Position numbers and translations under genes: made by a program
Notes under the pieces: generated by a model
Databases searched by the model: none
Told to the model about the DNA's origin: nothing
What the model saw: the letters and a program-made list of their open reading frames with translations, nothing else
Origin: Callorhinchus milii
Taxonomy: Eukaryota
Assembly: GCF_018977255.1 (NCBI RefSeq)
Contig: NW_024704743.1
Location: forward strand, 72,046,001-72,110,000
Direction: 5' to 3'
Length of the DNA stretch: 64,000 nt
Shown here: positions 1-11,900 of the stretch, in pieces
Numbering within the stretch: the stretch's first letter is position 1
Layout of the letters: each line of letters starts with the position of its first letter

Positions 1-520
1 GAGACGGGTCTTGAAGGTGGCAAGGGAGGGGGAGAGGCCGAGCGACTGCGGGATGGAGTTCCAGAGTGTGGGGTCAGAGTGGCAGAAGGCCTGCCTGCCG
101 ATGGTGGGATGAGAGAGGCAGGGGACGTGAAGCAGGCCGGAGCCCACTGAGCGGAGGGAGTGGGTAGGTTGGGAGGGTGTTACGCTGTGTCACAGAGGTA
201 GGGTGGGGCAAGACCATGGAGAGTTTTGAAGGTGAGGACCAGGATCTTGAACCGTATCCTCTGTGTGATGATGGAAAAGACAGTGGAGTCAGGCGAGGAT
301 GGAGGTGACAGGGTTGTGGAGGCTGGTGCGGGAAATGACACGGGCTGCAGAGGTATGGATGATCTGCAGCCTATGGAGGGTGGAGTTGGGGAGGCCGACA
401 AGCAGGGAGTTTGCATAGTCAAGCCTGGATGTTATGAATGCGTGTATAAGGGACTCGGCGGCCTGCGATATGAGACAGTGGCGGAGCCGGGTAATGTGGC
501 GGAGGTGGGGGTGGAGCAGT
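1..520 (-). mobile_element. L2-clade LINE 3' fragment
   Basis: Frameshifted ORF2 C-terminus: [35 protein letters not shown]. Confidence 0.85.
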
Positions 521-1084
521 AAGATTTGATAAGGTCCAGCCAGATCTGCCGATGGACTGTTCAATTGGATTTGAGCCAGGTGCATTCAGTGGCATGCACC
601 TGAGCCTTAAGACATCTCAAATTTGTAACAGAATATAATATTTTTGTATCTGAATGACGTATTGACTGCACAGCCAGCACTACACAGAATGGACCATGGT
701 TCAAAATCCACAAATTAAACAATGGTTTTACAAAAACAAACCCCCACAAAACTACTAAGTTCACATACAAGACTTCCACATACCTCAACTTTGCAGTACA
801 TATTCAATGAAATGTAATACACATCCTCTTTGTTTCCATTATCAGACTCAAATTACTTCAATACAACACTACAGTGTTACACACTGATTCAAGGTAAATC
901 CCAAACCGTAAGAAAAACATTTTAAAATTAAACTAGTCACATACCTTGGGCCTTGTTTGCATGGTTTTGATTTGTGAAGCTCCAAATTTTAAAAAGTGAA
1001 TTAAATTCCCCAAGTAAGTTTAAAGAAAAAAAACTTTAGTTTTAAAAATAAAAACTGTGTTGAATACAAATGTCTTCAGATGAG

Positions 1085-2184
1085 TTAATGCTTGAAAAGC
1101 TTTATTAATTTTTGTATATAACCAAGTTCAAATATTCCATGAAACCTGCATTAAAAATTTCCACAGAGCAAGACCCAATATTCAATGCAAAACTGTTCTA
1201 CCAATATACAACTGGCTACGATGGTATGCTAAAGTAACTTGTGTTGGTCAGATTGGATAGTGATACTCTGATGATTCAAAAACATGTGGCAACCAACCAT
1301 GTGGGTCAGGCAAAGGCACAATGATAGACTGAGTAGGCCAGGTGTCTTAAGTAATTGTTGTGGCTTTCAGGTCATTTCTTTTTTTGCCGATAAGGGATGG
1401 CTTTGCAATTAAGAAATCATAGGCCTTTATTTCAAGTCTATTTCTTAAAACCAGTGGCACTGACAGTGCTTTGAATAGAATACTTCTGAATAGTAAGGAA
1501 AGACTACGATTGCACTTACAATAAAGTGTCTGTGGAGTTCAAACACACAGCACCTGTCAAGAAAATGTTTTTAAAACAGCAATATCTGTTACCACATCAA
1601 GGTACACACTACATTTCTGTAGCAACCATGCTTCTATTTTCAATTTACCTCAAGTTTCCACTAAACGATGTCAACACCCAGAGATTGCTTTTATTATCAA
1701 GGACTTGATTAGTTCAGACTAGTGCAGGCACAAGCTGAATGCAATAAAGTTAAACTATTGTTTTTTTAACTGTTTGTTTGGCACCACATTTCACTTGTAA
1801 ATAGGCAGTGCTTACTTTCATTTGCTACCAACAGGCTCCCTATAGTGCATTCTACATGATACCTACAATACTGTAGATATAATAGCCTCACTTGTTTGTC
1901 ATCAACAATTTTACTTTTGTCTAGATCCTTTAGGATTGCTAGTTGGTAAGTACAGTAAGATAAAAGCAAGGATCTAAAAGATTTATGTTCCTTGAAAGCT
2001 CAAGACTGATACAAGGCAGGCAACTAACTGGGATAGCTCCTTTCTGAGGGCTCCTTTTCTGCTTTCTCTGATCACAGAGGATTTTCAGCATGCCCACACT
2101 CTTTATGTGCCAGTCTAGGGTTCATGCTGATCTATTCTATTTGGACAACATAAGTGACTGAAACAGATATCCATCCTGTTCCAG
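1085..2184 (-). other. ANKIB1: ANKIB1 3' UTR with candidate AATAAA signals
   Basis: AT-rich and free of recognisable repeats downstream of the stop; minus-strand AATAAA at 1690-1695, 1426-1431 and 1101-1106. The true 3' end is not determinable and may extend to about 560. Confidence 0.55.
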
Positions 2185-2922
2185 TTACACTAAATGAATT
2201 TGCTCTTCCCATTCATTTGCAGAAGTTTGCTGGGAGTCACCCTCCAATTGAGTAACATTTCTGCTGTCATCGCTCAAAGTCAGCGTTTCTGCTTGTGGCT
2301 CAATTTTTGTAGCACCAGTACTTTCTGAAGAAATAGCTCCGCCTACTTGGGTTCCTCGACCTTCGTTCATGACGGCAGCTTCAAACAATGCATGGTCCTC
2401 CTGAAGGCTCTGCAGCATCTCTCCTAGTCTGGTCAATCCTGACTCGTCGCCACTTCTAGGCTGCTGTGAACTGATGTCACTTTCAGAAGATGCTGATGGG
2501 ATTAATGCAATGCTCTGAGGATTCATGTCATGAAACCATGCCATGATGTTACCAAGAAGATTTGCATTCATGGCAGGGTCTGAATCTGTGGATTCAGTAC
2601 CTTCAGGGGATGAAAAGAGTCTACTGTGGACATCAAAGGGCTGTGAGCTGCTTAATCTAGTGGCATAAGCATCATTGCTTATACCAAGTTTCATTAGATT
2701 ATCTTCCAAATTCAGCAAATGAGTGTTGCTGAAAGATCTAGCATTGTCTGTGGTTCTCTGAGTCGCATCAAGTCTTGAAGGTAAGGAAGTCCCTATGGCA
2801 CCTAAAGATGCCTCACTGTTAAATTCTTGTGGTTCACCACCCATTCCAAGGCCAGACTCTTGCAAAGACAGCTGGATGGCTAGCAGGATGTTTGGGTCAT
2901 CATCGTCAAGGGAACTCAAAGC
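2185..2922 (-). CDS. ANKIB1: ANKIB1 terminal coding exon (UIM, C-terminus)
   Basis: [24 protein letters not shown]...[22 protein letters not shown]...EWEEQIHLV then TAA at 2187-2185. Confidence 0.96.
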   Translation of the reverse strand, partial: ALSSLDDDDPNILLAIQLSLQESGLGMGGEPQEFNSEASLGAIGTSLPSRLDATQRTTDNARSFSNTHLLNLEDNLMKLGISNDAYATRLSSSQPFDVHSRLFSSPEGTESTDSDPAMNANLLGNIMAWFHDMNPQSIALIPSASSESDISSQQPRSGDESGLTRLGEMLQSLQEDHALFEAAVMNEGRGTQVGGAISSESTGATKIEPQAETLTLSDDSRNVTQLEGDSQQTSANEWEEQIHLV

Positions 2923-5900
2923 CTAACAAAAGGAAGCACAAATAGATCAGAATCATTGATAAGAATTTGTTCATACTTAAAACATGCCTTAATACATATA
3001 TGTTGTAAGGAGGAATTTCACCCATTTAATGGAGAAGTACACAATCTAATACTTGGCATATAGACCAAGAGATACAAGCTCATTTTAAGATCACCACTGT
3101 CCAAATCTTAATGTTCTGTGGATTGTTTGCAAACAAATTGCTAACTTTATTCATGGGATGGTGGAGGGGGAAGGAGAAAGGGAAGATGATGGTTTTGTGT
3201 ACATCAATGAAGTGTTCCTCTGGTAGGTTGCTCTGGAGAGAAAGACTTCTTTGGACAGATGTACTGAATTGTTATGTACAAGATCATAACTACAATTTTC
3301 AATTGAATCTTGGTCAGGTAATTGTTCTCCTCAAGCTTATTCCTGTACACCACCCAGTAGGAGATCAGAGACAAGATATCAAAATATGTGACAATATATG
3401 TAGGCTAGGAGTATGATGTACAGCACCAGGAGGAAGAAAGTTTAAACAGGAGATGAATTCATACACAAAATGGGTTTCAGTTCATTTGAATTGGCATTGA
3501 TTCACTTTCAAAGCTGAGTGGCAAGAGTGAAAAAGAAATCTCACACACATCCAGAATTTAAAGTACAGCCACATACAAAAAGAAATTCAAGGTAGCCTCA
3601 TCCCCAAACAATTCTCATTTTGGTAGCAGGGATCAAACCCAATAATATTTGTATAATTTCTGGATGGAATTTTGCTCCTCACTCTTGGTATGTAGCTCAG
3701 CAGGGGGCAGGAAAGGGGATGGAGAATTAAATACACAAACTCATATCCAATAGAAACCTCCACTGTTACAAACAACTGCACATCTACACGGGCCAGTGCA
3801 GAGAAACTTCTCCCATGGTGCTCTAACTTTGAAAAGTACTTCTTCTACTTCGGGACGTCCTCCCGACGTGAAAGGCGCTCTATAAATGGAATCTTGTTGT
3901 TGTTGTACTTTGAAAAGAGGCTTTAATTATGGGTTAGTAGTTTTAATAACAGAACATTGCAAAAATTTTTAGCTACCATTTAAAGAAAAACTACATGAAA
4001 CAGGATACAATTATAAAATCCAAACAAATTAAATAGTACACATTTGGTATCTTATAAAAACACAGAGCAAAGCAAAGATGGTTTGAAGTTCTAGGAATGC
4101 ACCAAGAGAGGTACCTGAAGAGAGTCCTGGTTCTCAGAATAACTGACAGGGGTATAATCATGAAGCGAAGAGCTGTGCAGAATGCTCATAGATGCTGAAC
4201 TCACCATGGAAGTACCATGTCGCCTGCTGCTACCCTCCTGGGTATCTGTAACCAAGCAACAAAGTCAATGCAGCTGCACTTTTTGCACTGTAATAAACAG
4301 CTTTGCAAATTGCTCAAGTTTGAAGGTGCGCATTAGTGATATGAAAGGATGTCTCCAAAATGAAACAGAAGGCCCTTCAGCCCACTGCCCTGCAGTATAT
4401 GGCATTCCAATACAAATGAAATCAGGGGAGAAACCTATTTAAATTTACCACTGAGCCATCTTAATGTAGCCATTTTGAAACTAGACAAAGCCAAAATTGT
4501 TAAGCTCCTATATGTGATTAGAAGGAGAACATATAAAGACAAATGTTTTGGTCATAAAGTTAACAGATGCAAGTGGAATGCTTCCTATTTTTTTCCCACC
4601 AAGTATTGATACCAAGGCCAAATCTCCTTCCATAGCACCCAACAACAACCGACAGGGGTATAATCCTGTCAGATGTTGTTTCACCCACAAAATACATAGC
4701 CAATCCAATTTGCAATATATTCTGTGAAGCACTTTTAGAGACGTCTCAACCACATGATAAGGCACTATATCAAATGCAAAGTTTATTACTATTATTATTA
4801 TCATCTTCTGCTAAGGATCCAACTTTTGAAGACTATCCTCAGCAAAAACAGTTATTTTCCATTTCCCACATTAGAAACCCATTTAAAAAAAAATGAATGG
4901 CGCTCTCTCCAGCAGACTGAGCTTCTGATGGACTAATGAACATTTTCTAATGAAAATCATAACAAGCACAATTTGTACAATATGGTTACCTAATGTACTA
5001 TCACTAGGATCTTCAGGATCTGCAGTGTTGCTGTGAAGACTATGCATATCTCGTCGACGTTGTCTATGCCGACGCCTGTACTGAAATTCAGCATACTCCT
5101 GAAACAAGGGCGTAAACAATACACTGATCAGTGAAAATTTACAAAAGCAGTTTAACATAATACCTTACATTCTGAATCAATAGAAATGCCCTTTTTGTCC
5201 CAAAACCATCCATTTTACCATAACATTTAGATTTTTTGTTAACTGAATAAACCACATTTATTTTTCTGCTAATTAACTAAATCAAGTGGTTCCTTTGCAG
5301 TTGAAAGGAAATAAAAAAAACTACCTGGCGATTCAAAAATAGAAAACACTACACTAAACACAAATTAAGAGTCTAGATTATTTTAAAATCTACTATCTGC
5401 AGGAGCAGCGATATTGCAGCAATATTCTAACCTCAGTGAAGAGGTGGATGATCAATAAATGTAGTGAAATGGGGTGGTTTATAAGGCCACATGCGAGACA
5501 AATCCTATTGACAATGCCACATGGAGCACATCTAAGATGAATAAACAAAGCTTATCTTGGATTTTCTCCTAAAACAATTAATCAACACTTTAAGGTGGAT
5601 CCTGAGACATCCACTTGATATGAAAGGTGCTATTGTTTTAGATTTTGTTCCACAAGTTATAGAGATCATTACGGTATTTGGGACAGGCATACAAATATGA
5701 GGAGACAATTCTGTAGTAGTGAATCATTTTACTTAACATGAATTCTTAATTTCCTCTTCCTTTCAGAGTCATGTGTGGTTATGTCAACAAGCAGGAGGTG
5801 ACCTCCATGAAGGCCTGTACAACCAGATACTTAAATGTGGAAAAGCAGCACAGGTATACACTTTTGCCTCACTAAAAACTGGGGCTGTATCAGAAAAATA

Positions 5901-8900
5901 TTGTACCCCCAAGCGATGCATTCTCCAGGTTTTACACATGAATAAAAGTGTACTCAATTATACCGTTAGAAGAGAAGCTGCACAGGTGCTTTTAATAGCA
6001 GGTGGATACAGTTGCATTTCAATAGAAGTTGTAGCTACATCAAAGAATCAAAGATAAGGATAAAGATCACTTAAAGGAGCTGTCCTGTTTTGATTATAGC
6101 CTAAATAGGCTTTTAAAAATAAATTAAAAGACCCTTACCTGCAGGCCTTCTACTTCTGGTCCTCCATACCTGCAGGTTGTTTTGCGTAAAGAAATAAAAA
6201 ATAAAATTATTTTTAGCATTGCACACCATCAAATGGTTTGATCCCTTGACATCTGTAGTTGTCCAGGGTAAGGCACAGAGACAAAAAGAGGTTGTAAGAC
6301 TGTTGTAACCGTCTCAATACCAAGTGCTTTTTTTGGGAATGGGGTCAGGCTACAGCAGTGTGCAGCTGCAGCTCCTCATGTTGGCACATCCAAATTGGGC
6401 CTGACATGGGGAGAAGCAGTGCTACTCCTACATACTGCAAGGCACTTCAAAAAAAAATGCTAGTTTTCAAATAAAAGACTTGTCAGAACTAGTTTGGCGG
6501 CACCACCCACTACCACCACCTAGTCAGGATAGCTCCTTTAAACAAAGGTACTGCTAAAACCTTGCACTGAAAGGGGTATGTCATAACCACAAGCAGTGTA
6601 TACCTACCTCAGGTGATGCAAAACCTAAATATTCCCAATCCCAGGTTCCACCAGCAAAACTGTAACAAACAATTCAAAATTCTGTCATTTTGATAACTGA
6701 CAGTTATTGCACTTTGTTAAGAGTTACACAGGTAGACAATAACTACCTTTTTAAATTAAGGACCTATATTTGTAATTCATCAGATTGTTTTAATGTGCAA
6801 AGTAGAACATCCTAGAGAGCTCTTAAATAGGGAAGCATTCTTTCGGAAAGAATGATCATTAAATATATTTGCAAAATTAAAATAGTGTGGATAAGTAAAG
6901 CTGCATCAGGCATAAAAAAAGTTACAAAATATTTCTCATGAAAGCACTTTTGAATTCAGACTACTATGAAACAGTTGCATCTTCCCCGTCAAAAGAAATG
7001 ATGCAACTGAAATCAAATTAATGATGAGAAAAAAAAAGGACTTGAAACTCCTAGACCACATCTCTCAATCTGAAACAAATACAGCATTTTTCCATTTAAT
7101 TTAAGCAAGCTGATGTAACTCTCCAGCCAAGTAAAAAGGAAACATTTCATTTTTCTGGAAAAAAGAAAATCATACATCAAGTTCAAATGTTAGTCTTCCT
7201 GCACACACATGAGAGGTTAAAAAATGGACTTAGATTTGTAACTGTACACTTTTGGTATGTGCAATATGCACAATTAACATGCAAATGGATGTCGCTCTGT
7301 TTGGTCCACTGCTGGTATCTGCATACAAATGGGCTAATAATTCCTTCAAGATAATAATCCAAAACCAAAACCAATAATAAATTGGTCATTTTCAATCTAT
7401 GACTGTTTGTGGGACATTGCTGTGCGCAATTGGCTGCCACGTTCGCCCACAAATATACAGTCAATTCACTTTACAGTGTGTTCTGTGAAGCGCTTTGGGA
7501 CGTCCTCCCGACGTGAAAAGCGCTATATCAAAAGCAAGGATTATTATTATTATTATAATAATAAATTGGCCACTCAATCCACGACTGTTTGTGGGATACT
7601 ACTGTGCGCAATTGCCTGCTGTGTTCTACCCACAAAATACAGTCATTCACTTTACAGTATAGTCTGTAAAGTGCTTTGAGACGTCTCGAAGATGTAATAA
7701 GGTGTTATATCAAATGCAAGGATTATTATTATTACAAAGATAGGCAGGCTTTAACTAAATAATATAAAATATTTACATTTTAGTGAATGATCTGTAAAAC
7801 AAACCGACTGAAGTAATAATGGACTATCTCCATCCAAATCAATAGTTATTTGTGGAGGGGGGTGGGTCAGAGACCAGTGCACAAAAGACACCGGCAAGGC
7901 CTTTCAACAGTAATTAGTTTTACCAAAACCAAGAGATAAAAACAGACTATGAGCAAATAAGTCAACACTTGAGGGAGCAAATTAATGTGTACATAATTCC
8001 AAGCAGAAGAAAAACAGAAGTCTGGTACAGCTCACGAGCATAGGCATTTAAAACATGCATATGGAATCAGGCTAAGGTATATTGTACATGCATGAATTCA
8101 GAACTTCATAATGCAAGTTCAAGAAAATGCCAAGTATGCTGGGACCGCGACCTGTACCATTTCCCACATTAGATGAATCATCTTGTTTTAAAATAGTTAT
8201 TCATGAACCATATATTATGCTGTATCCCCATCAAGTGCATAGGAGAAGGAAACAGAGGGATACAGGGAGGGGTAAAGGATTGTGCGAAGTATAAACACTG
8301 GCATAAGACTATTTGGATCAAATGGACAGTTTCCGTGCTGCATCACCCTATGCAACATCAAATGCTCTGTAAAGCAACGAAAAAAATAGGTATTAATGTA
8401 ATACACGACTGAAGTAGTACCTGCGTCTCTGTACTTCAGGCGAGTCTGCAGGGGCAACACCACGAGCCACGGAGGCCAGAAACTCTTGCCTTTTCTGTTG
8501 AACCAGACAAGCTGCTCGGATGATTTTATGGCGAGGGGTGCGGAGGTAAGGTCGGTTTACTTTTTGAGCTAGGTCTTCAGTTACCATCTCTAGATCTGTC
8601 TGTTTGGATAAAGTGGATGAAAACAATTTCTCATTTGCTTAAGATGAGAGCATTCAAATCTAAGAACCTAAATCATGTAAAGAGGTGGAGACTTTTGGCT
8701 CATCCAACCAGCTCTTTCCACACCAGGGACAGTCTACTTTGCCTTGGACCACTAAACTCTAAGGAAAGAAGCTTTTATCTAACACTCTAAACTCCTCCCC
8801 CCAAATCTTCAAATCAACCTGCAGAGTATTCATCCACTCTCACACCCGCACTAATTACATGAAAGGTGCTATACAAATGCAAAATTACAAACAAGATTTC

Positions 8901-11900
8901 TCATGTGTTGTTCAAGTGCTTGTTTAGACCACTATAGCATTACTTATTTATAGCACGAATTTGACCGGATGCTGGAAATCCTGCAGAATTAAATTCAGTG
9001 CTTATAGCTTCATTTTAGGGAGATTGGACACAGGTGGGTTTGACCTGGTTTCCCTGCAGCTAACTTGTCTCTAACTAATGGAGCAGCTGCTAATCCAGTC
9101 ACCTGCTCAATTCACGTAGTGATCAAAAAGGAATTTGAAATGTACTTGAAATGGCCTGCTGGAGTTAGGTAACTATTTAATGACAAAAAAAGGTTTTACT
9201 GTAAAACACTGAAGCAGAAATGTTTACAGCACAGAAAGAGGCTAATCCTATTCCGTGATGTTTTTTCCAAATTATTAATATTATCCATCCAAGCATTTAT
9301 CCAATTTTCTTTCAAAGGCACTTATAGATTATCAATTCTCTACATTTATTCCAAACTTTAACTCAGAAAATTAGTTAAATTTTTCCAGTTATAAATTTCA
9401 GCCAAATTTACCTGCATGAGTTCAAATATTTCCTTCTTTGTGCTTTTGGGTTCCAGAAAAAATCCATAAGGGTAGGAGCACTTAAGGATACGCCGGGTTT
9501 TCAAGAGTTCAAGTACAGCTTCTTCAATGAAAGTGGTATCTGGAGGCTCTCCTTCAGCTGAAAGTTAAAGGAATAATATGTATTATTTCAAGACCTACCT
9601 GTATGACTGCGTTTTCAGTCATTTTTGCACTCCCCGTAACCCAGTTTATAATAATCCTTGCATTTGCTATAGCACCCTATCACATCGTTAAGATGTCTCA
9701 AAGCACTTCACAGGATATACTGTAAAGTGGAGTGACTGTATTTTGTGGGCGGAACACTGCAGCCAATTGCGCACAGCAGTGTCCACAAAGTCGTGGAATG
9801 AGTGACCAAGTTATTATTTTTTGGAAGGGATTATTATCCCCAGAAAAGTGATCTGCAAACCAACTAACAACTGGGTTCTTACCTACTGCTAGGTAAACAG
9901 TAGGGGTGTGGAATAAGGAAACTTGCCCAACATTTCGCCCTGCCCGGGAATCGACCCCAGGTCCTCTCACTTGCGAGGTGAGTGCTCTAACTACAGGACT
10001 CCACATGTTTGGTTAAAAGTACCCATTTTGTTCCTGTGGTGCTCATCTCAAAATATCTCAGGATTTCTAATGTCTAATTTTATATTTTCTACTGACCACT
10101 GCATCTGTACATGGTGCAGTGTACTGAAAAGAGTCCTGAAAGAGGTGACTTTGGGACTTCTCAACCCAGTTCTCAGGGAGCATGGGTCTTTGCACACAAA
10201 ACAGTTACATTCAGAAAGCAGAGACAAATGAATTTAGAAATTGACAAATGCAATGACATGTATATAGGGGGGCAGTATGAAGTTTGGTTTAAGGCATATT
10301 GTTGAGTAGAATATAGAGATCTTCACACTATTTCTGATAAAAACTTGGGAAGGGCCTTCTGGGGTTGGGGGAAGATCATTTTCTGCTTCAATAAATGTAC
10401 TGATCTTTGGCAGTGAGTGGGTATTAATTATGTACTAATCTGTAAATTGACTGATGTTTGGTAGTGAGCAGATCATTCCCCACTTATTTGATAACACCAA
10501 AGGGGACAGATAGTCTGTCAGGTTCTCAAAGTGGAGATAAAGGGCTATTTTCTCTTTCATTTTTGGCATTTTAAGAAAATATTGTCAAATTCAGTAATTG
10601 TCCAGACAAGGTGAATCTCTTGATCTCTTTAACAAAAAATGATCATCAGCTTTGAAAAGTGCAAAGTTTAAGAAAACAAAGACACACAAAACACTTGTAG
10701 AGAAGCATGCACTCCTTTCTTGTCACATTCCTTTCTACCAAATGACTGGTCAATAGGTACACTTGCCATCTGACATTGCCACACTTGCCATATTCCCATT
10801 GGACAGAGATGTTAAACTGAGGGGATGTCTGCCTGTTAAAGATTGCACGATTCTAAGAAAAAGTGAGTTTCTCCATTGCCCCAAACGTAACCCAGATAAT
10901 TCAGAGGATATTGGTCAGATAAAATTGGGATTTAAATGCTTGTTTTATAGGCTAAAGCACAAGTATTATACACACAGGGCTACCTCAGTTAATTTTAATT
11001 CAGTTTCAGGTATACCCAGCAAGAAACTAATATATACAAGGTACTGCATTCAATTGGTAGTGTGGAAATTTAACATAATGCCTTATTTAATGCTGAAGGC
11101 TACTCCCTTCTTTCTCATGTATGCATCAAGTTGCTTTTTAAATACAATTAAACTTTCTAGATTTTAGACTTCACTTACCTCTCTTCAAAGCTCTGCTCAG
11201 TTGTTCCATTTTTTCTTTGGCTGTCTTCAAAAGACGTTGCTCTAACTGGTCAAAGGACAAAAGACACATTTTTTTTTCCATTCAAAAAGATCAAGATTAA
11301 AATAAGCCTTCATTACATAACATACCTTATAGCTATGCTCGTGGTTCCTAAATCTTGTATAATAGTGCATAAATCTGTCGAGCTCTTGAAACCTCTTGTG
11401 CTTTTTTTCTGCCTGAAACACCAGAGAGAAAACAAAATGAAGATTCATGCTTTTATTTTGGAACTTTCCTTCACCCACAGGCAACAGATTTACTTTAAAA
11501 AAAAGTCAAAAGATCCGTGTATGTGAAAATGATTATGTACATTTAAATATGAAAAGATAAGTGGTTATTACATTATTCAAAAGTTAATCAAAAAAAATTA
11601 CAGCTGTGTAAGTATGGTAACTAATTACCAGGTTTCTGCTGACAGTGGGACATTCAAAATGTAAAGAGCCAGTCCATCTGGTGCTGACCTGCTTCAGATT
11701 GAGTAATGATTCCACTGGTGGCTGAAAGGTCACCTCTGCTCATTTGCTAAGTGTATGTGATCTAGAAGGATGAGATGTAATAGCCCAAAGGCCCTTCTTT
11801 ATCCAAACTGATTTTGTGATTCACTAAGCATGCAATGTTAATTAACACCAGTGTGCCATCTCTCATTGGTAATCAATTAATTGACCTAACACACTGTCCC

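Noticed and set aside
11246..11325. Very short 80-nt intron
   Set aside because: Canonical GT-AG and within the normal minimal intron range.
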